A stretch of DNA of 64,000 bases from Antedon mediterranea. Its lineage: Eukaryota > Animalia > Echinodermata. Positions 12,001 to 25,300 of the stretch are shown here, one piece after another. The stretch is from NCBI RefSeq assembly GCF_964355755.1, contig NC_092677.1:26275175-26339174 (forward strand), given 5' to 3'. Position 1 is the stretch's first letter. The number at the start of each line of letters is the position of its first letter. Under the pieces are notes generated by a model. That model saw nothing but the letters and a program-made list of their open reading frames with translations. It was not told the DNA's origin and did not search any database. The position numbers were made by a program, and so were the translations under genes.

Positions 12001-15000
12001 AATTAAATTCATTAAACTGGATTTTTCAATAAAAACAGGCTCTTTAGACTACTGCTACTCTAACCAAGTTACAGTATGTCACTGTGAAATTGAGGAAATT
12101 GGAAAAAGCCACCCCTGTATTAAAGGTCACACATTATGCTATGATGGTTATCTCTATACTAAACGTAAGTCTAACAGAAGTTTGATAATTTGAAAGTGTT
12201 CTTCACGTAGAAAGTTTGCTTGCAAAGGTGTACTACGGACAGACATCGATATGGCCGAAGTGCAGTATGTATCGGAACACAATCATGCAGTGAAATTGAG
12301 TTATAATAACATAAAATGAAAATATAACTTTGTATTTTAACAGAATTGGTATGGCCTGGGTGACTAAACATGCAGACAGGGCAATCATACAACAATAGCC
12401 TGTTCCTTACTATAACTTTTGTTATAATAGTGGTATATACAATAAGCCTTTGTTTACACAGTGGCTTAAAATTCTGAACCTTTAGTCATCTATTGAGAGT
12501 TTTACCAAGAGAGAACAAATCATGGACCAGGGGGAGTTTTATAAAATTAACTTGAAATGTACTCAACTATATTGACTATTGTTCATCACTACAGAATATT
12601 GTATGTAATTATTATGTGTCATGAGGAGGGGCTACAGTGACGGAATTATGTGAGTCTCTATGTTGTCGCCTCGACTAAATGATACTTTGTTGTTTTTTGT
12701 TTATAATATACATACAGTATATGTTGATTTTGGTCGAAATAAATGTTTAGTTAAATTAAAAAATTAAAATTAACAATAGAGCATATTGAATTCATTTATT
12801 TTAACAATAATTAGGCCTACAACATAACAAAAGTTGTGAACTTTTAACACAAGTTTGAATGGTTGGGGGTCAACAAGAATTTGTTTAGAACAAAGACAAA
12901 TTTTATACTCAACACTGTACACTTTGTTTGGGTACATTTCTTAATAGCCCTGAGGGTCAAATCTATCATGCCCCCTAAAACAATTTGTTTGTTAACGCCT
13001 CTGTATGAGCAGGGTAAAGAACAATGACACACTGTTATCAAGTTCAGATAAAATAAAATTCAGTACAATTACTAATAGTGAATCAACGCTAATATGTTTC
13101 TGATAAAATAAATTTGCTAGATAACATTAACAATATATATACACTACAGTGTTCTGTTCTTGAATGCCTTCACATAAACTGAAGAGTGATATGGTTTCCG
13201 AATTTATAGGTCTATGGGGAGGTACTGTAAGTTGATGTTTAAAAGATGAGGAACATTCTTCATGTAAAGAATATGATTTTAACCTTTTCTAAAATGTACA
13301 GTATACATTATCAGAGACGTAGTAAATCATTGAAAACATAGACTTAAAAGACAGGTCTTATTGCAAGTCAAAGATCCGTTCAAATAAATTGAACAAAATT
13401 AGACACAAAAGCATTGTGGTTTTGGTTTAGTAGGGAATTTAAAAACCATCATTTTGAAAGACTTTTATTATTGAACTTTCTTTTCTTAAGAAACATTCCT
13501 TAGATATCATACTGTACGACCACAATGTCTTTGTTGTTTTAAATTCCAAATTCCTTTGTTTATCCAGGTATTGTGTTTATAATAAATTGCTGATACTTCT
13601 TGATATTTTATTTATAATAAAAGACAGATTTCAACACTCAATTGTTACAAATTGTACAGTGTGAAATACAGTTATTCTTGAAATAGAAAAATGTATATGT
13701 GTCGAAAATAAAAATCCAAAGGCAAATTACTGAAAAAATTACAATGCTGTGGGTATCAATGGCTGGATCTCAAAAGGAGATACTAAAAAAAAAAAAGCGA
13801 AAAGCTAAATCAAAACGATAAAGTAAAACAGCCAGAAAAGTTAGCAGAGCTTTCGGGCAACACTAGCCCTTCATCAGTGCATGCAAGTGTGTCGAAAATA
13901 AAAGATAGATTTCAATTCGAAATATCTATTATTGTACGCTGTACTTATACTTAGAAAACTGTGTTGGTATAAAAGTCAAAATGTCAGAATTTTAATTCAT
14001 CACAATACTGTAGTACTGTAATTGTTCAGAGAAACGAAATTTCATTGTACAGTACTGTATCTGTACAGAAATAACCAAATGCCACATCAAAAGTCAAATT
14101 TTAAAATACAATTCCGTTCAATCATGCGTACCCCAATCAAAATAGTACAATCATATTCATTTTTTATCAAGGCAGAATTTTAATTCATCACAATAGTACT
14201 GCAATCGATAAGAAACAAACATGGTATAGTATCTGTACAGTAATATTAACCATAATGCCAGGTCAAAAGTCAAATTTTAAAATACAATTCCGTTCAATCT
14301 TGCATGTACACACCCAATCAAAATAGTACAATCATATCATTTTGTAACATATATTTGACATTGAAGATAAGGAACAATAGAAAATATATCTTTAAAAAAC
14401 TGCTGTTATGGAGTTACAGTAATAATATTTTTTGACAGCTTAAAATATTCCAAGTAGACAATAAGGAAGCCACAGGTACTGTAGTTAATACAGTATACCA
14501 CTTCCTTGTATTATCAGTACTGTATGTGGGATGTCACCAAAATGGGAAGTTGTTAAAAATGTTGATCTGTACAAACAACAATATGATTGAAAAAAATATT
14601 AAAACTAAACCAACTACTGTATATACATATCACTAGAAACTACATTTACTTAAAAATGGGTAATCACTTTTATATCTGTCCAAAATCATTTAATCTGTGT
14701 CTGGTGGTGGAAACATGCGTTATTCGTTCAATGGGGACTTGGCATAGTATCCACAGTCATGAGTTCGTAAACTACACAGACAGTGTACAGTACCTACCAG
14801 AACATTGCATCGAATAATGCAAAGTTTAAAAGTTCAATCTTCAATAAACATTTAGTATTGGTAATTAATACAATGACTCATTAACTAACAATTCATAGAA
14901 AAGATAATAATAACATATGTAAGGATGTTATTGTTAATGTTATTGTTACATTAGTCAAAAGAAAGAATTTAAGTGTGATATTGAATAATTCCACGTTATG

Positions 15001-18000
15001 TACTATTATTTATGTTGAAATGAATGTTGAAAAAATGATCTTTGGTCAACAAGAAAAAACAATTATTCATAACTAAAATTTAAAAAGAAATCTTATTTAT
15101 ACTGTACAATAATAATTGAGAATACTGTATCAAGTTTATTAAACTACAGTACGATATAACTTGTTACTGTACATTTGACGGGACTCCCTGACACAGTGAA
15201 TCTCTCCTCAACTTTAGGGTACAGCTGTACAGTATAGTACAATGCCATTTTAAAATTCAATCTTCTATAAAAAAAAAATCTGCTGTTTCCGGTTCGGGGA
15301 GTTGAGAATGCACGACTCTAAATCAATATTCTTGAGTAACATTTTAGAGATATTTTATTTTATATCTTTGCATCTCCAACATTTTAGGAGTCAGTCATGC
15401 ATATCTAATGAGTTGATCAAGTGCTATTGTAACCAATATTGTACTTGGTATAGATATTGTTCATCCCAGCAGAAACTATTCTAGTAGCACTGTGAAGCAT
15501 TGATTTACTACTGTACCAGGATAAAGCAGTCAGTGAGTGTACAGTATGCATTGATATACATAGTAGCCCTATGGTTTGCAATATTCATGAGCAATTGGTA
15601 ATGTACAGTACCGGACAGAATTATTGCAGATTTTGAACGCATTCAACGCATTGTTAAAGTGTTGACAACGCGTTGAAACTGCGTTGTCCGTTGGCGTTGA
15701 AAGTGTTGAGTTCGTTGAACTGTTTATTCAACCAACACAATGTGTTGCGTTGAGTTTGCGTTGAAATAACGAACAATCGGATTCGTATGGTATTTACAGA
15801 TTGCCAGTGTGTATTAGTAGTAGTAGTAATAGTATAAAATACAGTATTACAAATATTTAAGAAAACAAACATAATGTGTATTTTTCCGCGGAAACCTAGC
15901 TTAATATATTACACTAGGCTAGGCCTACTACTAACGAGTAGGCCCCGTGTGTATGAGCCGCGTCTGCCATCGCAGTTAAAAGTAGTGTAGTGGTCATGTC
16001 CTTAATTACTGTGTGCCTATATTAACTGGAGTATTAAATACCAAAGTTAAGGCGGCGGTGAATCTTGGAGGCTAGGTCACATCGTAATTAATTATTTCCA
16101 AACTAAAAACTTCGCAGTACTGTACTACATTTTTCTCGATTATTTATAAAAACAACGTAGCCTACACCCGCCGCCATGGAAGGCAACAATACACCACCAA
16201 CATAACGATCCAGCATGGTCGTCGTCTTTTTCACGCATGCTTTTCGTGACGTGAGGGACGAACTGATCGAAAGGTGAAGAGTTCATTCATTATGAAATAA
16301 CGCGTAATTAAAAGGGAAAAAATCGTTTAGTTTTATTATTATCCATAAATATATCATTATCATGTATTATATTATAAATTAATTATTGTGATGCCTAACG
16401 TAACCCATGCAGAGAAAAGCGTTAAATATAATAACCAAGAAATAGGAATGACCAATTTGATGACAATAGGCAATTTTAGGCGTTTTCTTTAAAATCAAAA
16501 CCTGTGCCATACCACCATATTATTCACGCCAAGGTGTAACCCACAAATATTTGAATAACCAAACAATTCAGAATAAAGAACCACTTTATTCTGATGCAAG
16601 ACAATATATTATTACAGGCGAGGTTTAGGCGTTTTCTCTGTAACATACTATTGTTTTGTTTCTTAATATAATTATATTGGCCTCCTCCTGAAACTGTATG
16701 AATGGGATGGGAGTTGCGAGAATATGCGAGCGAACAGCCAACATTTAAATCAGTTTACAGTGTGATGCTTTTCAAAACGCGCAACGTTTTCAACGCGTTC
16801 AACGCTATGGGATTCAATTGTTTAACGTCGTCAATGAACGGTCAACGGGTTCAACACATTCAACACGCTCTATTGTTAACGTATTCAAAACGCTTTTTGT
16901 ACTTAAAAATGTAATGTTGTTCGATTTATAAAGATTTAAATTGGTTCATGGGTGTCGGACACGTCAAATTTTTTAGTTCTTTCAAATTACATTACAACAA
17001 ACAATGGGACAATTATAAAATAAAAACCAAAATAGAGAAACAATATTTTAACTTTATCTCTTGAATCTCGAACAGCTAAAAAATGTAGGCCTAAATAAAA
17101 TTAATTACTTCGTCGTCATTAACGATCGTTAAATACGTCATAACACACGTGGTGTTTTTCTTGAGGAAACCAGGGTGGCGGCCTCGTGGACGGGTGTTGA
17201 TGTCAGTAATTTCCACGTTGTTTGATTTTACGACGTGAGATCGTGTTTTCCCCCGGAAGGCCTACAGTACAGTGTTAACTGTTAGACTTGGCATCGACCT
17301 TATTATTCGATGTTTTCCTTCACTAAACACTGGGAAATATCACTGTGTGTTTTACTTGGTAACTGTCCGTTCAATACTTAAAAATATATCTAAGCTTCAT
17401 ATATATTTTTTATTTATATTAAAATATCTGGTAGTGACTGCCGATAGGTATTTTGCCTGTTGTTGTTACTGATCGTTCAGGCGTGCAATCGGCCAGTCTA
17501 GCGCTGCAGCAGCTAGCGTTGAAATAACTAATTGTTTACTTGACATGCTGATAATGACTTTCGTTGAATAAACAACTAAACGTTGAAAGCCGTTCAACGC
17601 AACGCAAACACAACGCAACGACAACGTGTTGAATGCGTTGGGATTTTTGCAATAATTCTGTCCTGTACTGTATACTGCAAAACATACACACTATCTCCTG
17701 CTTTAAAATGCATTTGAACCAAAGAGGTTACATAATTAACTAGAGTCTGAACAAAACTCTACAGTTTGAACAAAACATGTAAGCTTTAAGTTGACCTCTG
17801 ACTATAAAAAAAGTACTGTATAGTTTAGCTATCAACACAACAATTTGACCCCTAACATTTGACCTGATGTTACCATAGCAAAAGTCATACCTGTGCTAAA
17901 AACAAAGAGCAGAGAGATCGACTGACAATCACACACTAGCATCATGTACATGATTACATATAATTGAGTAATTTGATAGATTTAATGAAGATAAATCCGC

Positions 18001-19933
18001 AAGATATGAACATCAAGTGTCCATCATAGAGTGACAACAAGATGATGTCATCACTCCTATCATATCCTTCTTCGTTAGGTTATTGTGGTATTTCTCACCT
18101 GTCTGTCTAATTGCTTGTCTCAGTTCATTGTTACAGTAGTTGTATTATTCTTACTGAGTTAAGCTCTGACCACACTATCAAACTATTTTGACAAAAAACT
18201 GTGATATGCCCAAAGATGGTAGTGATATGCCTAAATATAGTTAGTGATATGACATGTTCATGGGCACATCACATTTTTTTGCCACATAAAGTTTGATAGT
18301 GTAGACAGAGCTTTAGTCAGTATGTGATTTATTATTATAACCTATTTAGTTTGGCTGTAAACAACACGAGCTGCCGACATCACTAAGCTACAGGACCCTG
18401 TCGTGATTCTTAAATATTTGTAATCAATTCAAAATTAAAAGTTATCTCAGGTCAATTAATTGTTATCAACAAAGCATTGAGTACCCCCTTAGCTAGTTAT
18501 CCTGCAGAGTGTATGGAAAGTGCTGGTATCCACTATGTTGTTTAATAAACAGGTTGTACTGCTGTAGATGTATACAAGCAGAACTAGAGCATCTCAAAAT
18601 TAGTACTACCATAGAGATATTATAGTGAACTACTGTATCTGTAGACATGCCAATACAATGTCAACTATTGATCATAACACTAATTAGTGTAAGGTATTTC
18701 TCACATTCTTCACATACAATACACCTATTGAGATGACTCTCTATTTACAGTATTAAGCTCTGTCTACACTATCAAACTAGTTTGACAAATAAAGTGTGAT
18801 GTGTCCAAATATGGTAGTGATATGCCCAAATATGGTAGTGAAATGATATCATCATGGCCATATATGGGCACATCACATGTTTTTGTCACATAAAGTTTGA
18901 TAGTGTAGACAGTCAAGGGTACTGCTTTCTTTTGATAGAACAAAGGGGAGAATAAGGCAAGCACAACAAAATAGAGAGGGGAGGGGGAGGGGGTACAGTC
19001 TTTGTAAAGATGCTAAAGGACAGTAGTGTATAGTGATGGTTTGATGTGTAAGAAATTGACAGTATACAGTACTAGGTTTTTGTGGACAACACTGTACATA
19101 CTGTAGTTTATACTATGGATACGGTACTGCTGTAGGGGTAAACGATTACTCGGGCCGCCATTCATTTTTTGCCACCATATCGCGATATTAATGCATTCAG
19201 TCGCTATTTAATACTACGTATGGTAGGTAGTTACATTTCAAATCATTGTACTGTGTCCAAGTGCACCAAGAAAACAATATTTAATAGTTAGTTTGTGATC
19301 GATAATATAAGTAAATGCTTACCTCTTCTTTGTACCACTAAACGTAATGGCGGTTTGAAGTTGGTCAACGCTTTGTGATAGTTATCATCATTGTTTATTG
19401 GCAGCAGATCATCCTGAGGATCCGTGTAACTCACTAAGAATTCTATATTCTCCAACTTGTGCATTTTTTCCAAGTGTGCATAAAAATTATCGAATGTTGA
19501 CATTGTATTGGTGTCTACAGAGAAACGTCTGAATTCAGCATCAAACTAGAAAATAAATTAATAATACAGAGAAAAATGTCAGTTTAGTATAAAAAAAAAA
19601 CCAACCCAAAAAGAAATCATTAACTTACAGACAGTATTGTTTGACATTAATATAAATTACTATAGTATTACTATTATTAGTAGGAGTACAGTAATTAAAT
19701 TTATTTTGTCAATTAATTGAATTTGATTAATGAATAAGCATTATGATTACTGTATATTAATTATACATGTACTGTAGGCCTGACTATATCATATGTCATG
19801 TTGAATTCCTTTCAATGTTATTCATTCAATATTATTATTATTATAGAAAGATTTGTTTTATAAATTTTACCTTGCTTTTGACTTCTTTCAGTCCAACCAT
19901 CCCATTCACGTGTCTCTGCTTTCGTGTTGACAT
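9014..19933 (-). CDS. PARD6: Partitioning defective 6 homolog (PB1, semi-CRIB, PDZ), 349 aa
   Basis: Coding exons 19933-19871 ([21 protein letters not shown]), 19545-19323 (FDAEFRRFS...[12 protein letters not shown]...LRLVVQRR) and 9777-9014 ([20 protein letters not shown] semi-CRIB; [21 protein letters not shown]...[33 protein letters not shown]). All introns are GT-AG with compatible phases; total 1050 nt. Probable 5'UTR exon with donor GTGAGT at 20160. Confidence 0.97.
10980..11121. mobile_element. PIF/Harbinger-type MITE, family A, copy 1
   Basis: TIRs AGCTCTGTCTACACTATCAAACT / AGTTTGATAGTGTCGACAGAGCT, flanked by TTA on both sides. Confidence 0.85.
11257..11390. mobile_element. MITE family A, copy 2 (opposite orientation, left end damaged)
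   Basis: tgtctacactaccaaactagtttgac...agacagagct with the same internal aaatatggtagtgatatg repeats. Confidence 0.75.
11732..11895. mobile_element. PIF/Harbinger-type MITE, family B
   Basis: TIRs AGGCCAATTTACACAGAC / GTCTGTGTAAATTGGCCT with TAA target-site duplication. Confidence 0.85.
12077..12680 (+). pseudogene. Degraded FLYWCH zinc-finger / Mutator-like (MULE) transposase remnant
   Basis: Frame reads [54 protein letters not shown], a FLYWCH pattern with the Trp codon mutated to TGA. The downstream sequence is fragmented and the right boundary is approximate. Confidence 0.7.
13844..13880 (-). ncRNA. Minimal hammerhead ribozyme motif of Penelope-like retroelement type
   Basis: Minus strand reads GCA-CTGATGA-A-GGGC-tagtgtt-GCCC-GAAAGCTC-TGC: conserved core CUGANGA/GAAA, 4-bp stem II, palindromic AGCT in place of stem III, 3-bp stem I. 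Confidence 0.7.
13984..14345. repeat. Tandem duplication of about 185 bp
   Basis: cagaattttaattcatcacaata...caaaagtcaaattttaaaatacaattccgttcaatc...ccaatcaaaatagtacaatcatat is present twice (from 13984 and from 14173). Confidence 0.8.
15606..17670. mobile_element. Non-autonomous Tc1/mariner-superfamily-like DNA transposon (2065 bp)
   Basis: TA|CAGTACCGGACAGAATTATTGCA...TGCAATAATTCTGTCCTGTACTG|TA terminal inverted repeats. Subterminal and central clusters of TTCAACGC/GCGTTGAA motifs. No transposase ORF seen. Confidence 0.85.
18162..18312. mobile_element. MITE family A, copy 3
   Basis: AGCTCTGACCACACTATCAAACT...AGTTTGATAGTGTAGACAGAGCT with TTA/TTA target-site duplication. Confidence 0.85.
18756..18912. 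mobile_element. MITE family A, copy 4
   Basis: Same TIRs; the last bases of the right TIR are missing. Confidence 0.8.
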
Positions 19934-20160
19934 TTTAATTGCTGTATTTATATTAATTTACTTTCAATTTATCATCAATTAATAAGTTCCTTTTGATAGT
20001 TAATAGGATAAAGGTAGTCCTAGGCCTCAAAGTTTCTTGTAAGTTCTGTCAACCACCGATTACCAGTCGTCAGATCGTAGGCCGGAAACGATATGCTTAC
20101 TTCCCTACACAGATGACGGTTTGTCGCCTGTTTTCTTCCGCCTTCCAAGGCCTTACTCAC

Positions 20161-20440
20161 GATGACGACACATTGCTGGTCCAGCACCCACACACGAAAA
20201 TTTAATTAAAATATAACACCAAAAAACACCAAAATAACTTAAAATATTGACGAAACAACTACAATATAATATAATCAAGTGAAATTTAAAAAACGCCTAA
20301 GAAAATCAGTTAAAGTGAGCCACTTTCTTCCGCCGTCAATTTGTCGGCCTAGACTGTGTGTCGAAGGTAGTTTGGTTTAGTTCCTGCGGGGGAAAATCAG
20401 ACCTTTGGCCAAGCCCTGTGACGTCATGTAAATTATAGAG
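20161..20440 (-). promoter_or_regulatory. Putative PAR6 first (non-coding) exon and promoter with a CRE palindrome
   Basis: Donor GTGAGT at 20160, CpG-richer segment, TGACGTCA at 20419-20426, CGGAAG ETS-like motif near 20330. Confidence 0.45.
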
Positions 20441-22345
20441 GGGGTAGTCATCATTACAATTTTTATCACAACATGAATAAGGCCATTTATTGTGATAAAA
20501 AAAACTTGCTCGCATACTAATAATAATAATAATACAGTAATAATAATAATAATATATTTTGAGATGTATATCAGTGTATCTAACTATCGATGATGACTCA
20601 CCCATTAGTTATGGAGATTTACGCTAATTTTAGTTTCATTGTAAAGTATAATTAATGGCAAATCCAGAAATTTTAATTGTGGCTAAACATGTTTATGTTA
20701 TTAAAATCAAAAGCACAGTTTAATACACAGAGGCTGTTGACTCACACAATCAATTTATTCAATAATTAATAATTCACATTTAATCATCATGTTAGGCCCA
20801 AATAAACAACTATCAATCCCTATTATAATAGAGCGCGGTAAATCATGATTGTTCCCCGACTTTCATGCATCTTCAAGACAATACGAGCTTACTTGTTTAC
20901 ACTAAATCATCGTATCATGACGGACACAAAGAAGACGTGCGCGTACAAAAATTGTGCCATTTCTATCATCAACGTTTAGTTGTTTTTTTCATATTCTTCT
21001 TATGCGCAGCATTTAATTCAGTACAATGAATACATGAGTCATTTAGAGCATACGCGCGCATGCGCTCCGATCATTATGTGTCCATATTATTACGTAACCT
21101 TTACATACATGCATGCTTCTAACCCGCCCCCGGTAAAGGCCTATTGACCATTTTGTAATAAAACAAATAAATACAGCATATTCCCATTATTGAAATGTCA
21201 GATCATAGAGATTTTAATGTATATAATATATATATAATATCTCTATGGTCAGAAAGATTTTATAACTATACTAAAAATAAATAAATTGTACATTGTTAAA
21301 ATAGGCTTATATTATAATTATTACAAACGAAGTTATTTTTAGATACATTGTTAAAGAAATACAAATTTACTTTAAAATAGATAAAATTACAATAAATACA
21401 ATTACCATAGCAACGCGTACAAACTTTAAAAAAAAACTGTATTGTCTCGATATACCATGATGATTTGTACCATTTTTGTTGTGACGTCACTGTACCCGAT
21501 AATTGCCGGTTTTACGATTCCGATGTGCGCATTTTTCTTGGGGTAATTTTATATTGTGTAATTTTCTAAAAACAAATTCTAGAGATTAAAAATCTAAAAT
21601 TCTTCAATTTCATTCTAAAATATCGCGACAAAAAATGGGTATAAATATTACAAACATTTTATAATTCTTTCGAGGCTCACTTCTGGTAGAGTCTTCGGAT
21701 AAATATGAACTATAAACCTTATAGGTCCAGTGTACATAAAATGCTCGTGTGCACTTCCGCGATGACGAGTAGGGGCCATCCCTGTAGGCCTACTAGATAA
21801 AAAACCACAGCCATTGTCACCTACCACCACACCCGGTCGCGAGACTACAGTAGTAGGGCTAGGCCTACATGTTTCTTTTTTCAAATCGATCAATTCCTTT
21901 AACAGTAGGATATTTCTACTTCTATTATACAGAGATTATATAAATTCCATGTAGGCCTATGCCTTTATATAAAATGTTCTTTTAGAACCGGCTTACTTCA
22001 ATCATTGAGATTATAGTTCTCTATAATATCTCTATGCTTAAATTCACGGCGTCACACATCTGAAATACGACTGGCATTGCTTGAAGTTCAATATATGGGA
22101 CGGATGCAATACCCACGCTGAATTATTTCTCAGCAGACACTTCTAACTGTTAGGAAGCGTTTTCGAGACTAGGAAGATAATACGTCTACACATTCAAAAC
22201 ACAGATGTGTATTAGGTACAAGAAGGCATTATATATAAGATCTCAAATATTTGTTTTTATTATTCTTATACAACCTATCATTATTGCAATATCCACCGCG
22301 TCTCTCGGCTAACGCAACACACCAGAAATCTATACACTTTTCATA

Positions 22346-25300
22346 TTATAGTTTGGTTGTATCATCTGGGATGCTGTTTTCCTTGTCATGAGCTGAAGGT
22401 TCATTTTCTTCAGCTTTGTTTTCTGGTTTTGCAGAAGATTCATCGGATATGTCTACGGCGGCCGGGTTATCATGACCCGATATGTTTTCTATACTTCCAT
22501 AGGCTTTACTGTGGTTCTTCTTGATGTTAGTTTGTTGCTCTTCGTACAACATTGCGTTATTGACTGGAGGTCCTGTAAGTACAAATAGATGTATGAAGAA
22601 CAAAATAAAGAAAAACATTGGAAAACTACACCTTCACAATACTATTGTTGATGATTTATAAACGTAATTCGTGCTACATACGCGACAAAATGTATACGAA
22701 ACATAATGAGCAGAAGGTATAGGCCTAAATAATATTGTTTCCATTCCTAAGCCTGTTTTCACACTAGGTCAATTTATTCGCGCGAATCGAAAGCCAATGA
22801 GCATACATATTTTCATCTACATTTCGTGACGCGAAAAAATGCCCAACCAATCAGAACTCAGAAATGTTTGAGTCGACCGATGTATTAGTGGAAACGGCCT
22901 TCATGATTTCAGATATATATTTCAGATAATATTTATTTAGATAATAATGAATGAATATATACAAAATAGAAAAAAGATATTAAAGTGAACATAGATAAAG
23001 CAGTAATTGGTAGTCATTATTATCATGGATCCCTTCTAGAAGTTGAAAACTTGTCTCGTAGGGACCCACAACATTACTTTTACATAATATTGATTTACTT
23101 ACCAATAAAACTAAGTAAAACAGGAAGAAACACGAGTCCATGAAATGTTCCTACAATCGTTATTGTAAAGAACATCCGGAAGTAGAATATATTAAAAAGT
23201 TGCGATTTTGCAAAAGCTAAAACTACAATTCCTGGTAAATTGGTCATAGCAACACCACTAAGTACCTAAAAAGAAAAACGAAAATAGTTTTTGGAAAGGA
23301 GAAACATATTTTAACGAAACTGAAAGTACTATATTTATTGTAATCAGGAAAAAACAAAAAAGATTGCGGCATACACAGGATTTTTTTATTAGCGTTTGTA
23401 CGCGCGCGTTGTTGAAAAATACTTACTGAACTCCCCGTCGTTGCTAATGCCTTCTGAGCTCTTTGCTTCCTTGTCGGCAAAGTACAAGTTCTGAATTTTC
23501 TAACAATGTGCGAAATAAACTCTACTGAAATACCAATAGCCTTGTGAAAAAAAATAAAAATAAACAATTTAGCAAGAGATGTAACGATGATTACTGACGA
23601 CAAAATCGAAAAAAGAAATACCTCGAAACTATCAAACCATAGAGGGCGATATATTTTAAATCAATAATATATCCAGATATAAAGGGCGCTATTAAAAAAA
23701 AATTTGACAATATTTAACAGGGTATACCAAGCCCTTTCTAAGTATGGGAATTTATTCACTATATTCAATCTCTTCGAAAAATTAAGCACAATGAAAAATA
23801 TATCGCCCTATATCTTGTGTCTTCGAGACTAAGCATATTGAAAAATATATCGCCCTCTATATTGTGTCATCAAACTTACCATGGTTAAATTAACTAAGGA
23901 AATAGCATTGAAGTCGATGTTCCAAAAGTACATGATACCAAGCGTGTCGAATAGAATCATCAGAATGTTCAGGACGATAATGAGAGCGGATATGACGTCA
24001 AATCCTAACATCAGGAAGCTAACAAGAAATATCGGTATCAAGGAGATTCCAAGATTGAAAACAGCGACCTCAACCATATCCAGATACTGTTCATAATACA
24101 CGTAAAAAAGACTGCAAAAGAAGACGTTATTCAGTTTAGAAAAATTAGAAATATGCAACCGTCAATTGGGCTGTCAGTCATTATTTCTTATTTGACTAAT
24201 GTTAGTATCACTGCGCGTGTAAGAGGCGTTCCATTATTATCAATAAGTTTTTCAACGTACCTAAGAAATACGCATTTCAATTTGTTTACAAAGGGCATAC
24301 GCATTGCATGTTGGGATATTCGGTTACGGTTGAAGTAGTGGGGACCGAAAAGTCCCTACTATGCGCGTAGTATTATTATAAGCACGAATTGTGTCAATCC
24401 ATGGAATTAGAAAAATGTAGTAGGCCTATAATTTTCGAAATACCTGTATGGAAATACTTTGAAATCTGGCGGAAGATCAAGTTCCTCTCGCATTGCATTT
24501 TCAATGTTCTTAGAGAGCGCCCTCGCTTGTCGTAAACCATTCGTAAACTCTTCGGAAGTTTTCAGTATAGTGTGATAAGTCATGAAATATGTTGCTGAAA
24601 AAAATTGTCAATAGATATTTCATTTCGATGATATCAAGCTGTCTGCTGTACGGTAGATTTCACGTAACCATAATATTTGGCGTTATTGCGAAAGCTATTA
24701 CAACGATTGGTTTCCAACGACGTTCCTTTATAGTGTTGTAACAATTTGTTGTTGATATCACACTTAGATAATTTTAACTTTATCATTTTATAACAAAATC
24801 TGTTATTTAAATAAATAGGCCGGCACTACCACTTAAGTGAAACACTTAATACGTACTTCCTGCTTAATTAGCACAAGTGACTTACCTCCCACCTCAGTTT
24901 TACCAGTGACATTCAAAATTTCAACTGCATCTCCATACGCAGCACGTCCTCTGAAAACAACAAGCATGAACGAAAATAGATATCACGTTTTTTTAAAATT
25001 GTTTTCTTCTTGACTTTTATGGCCTACCTATGAACCTATGTTACAAATATGTGTTTTTAAACTTACCCTTTGCTACAAATGTCAGTGGGTGTATCATTTA
25101 AGAAGAACGGAATATAATCATTAAAATCATCGTCAACAGGTCGTTGACCTCGTGACGTCAGAGGCATACAACTGCGACAAACTGGAAATGTTTCTTCAAC
25201 TAAGAAATAAGTGAATACACGACACCAATTAATTAAATTAATTAACTTATTTCTGCATTGGTATCATTATATTGTAATAATTATAGGCTTCCAATACAAC

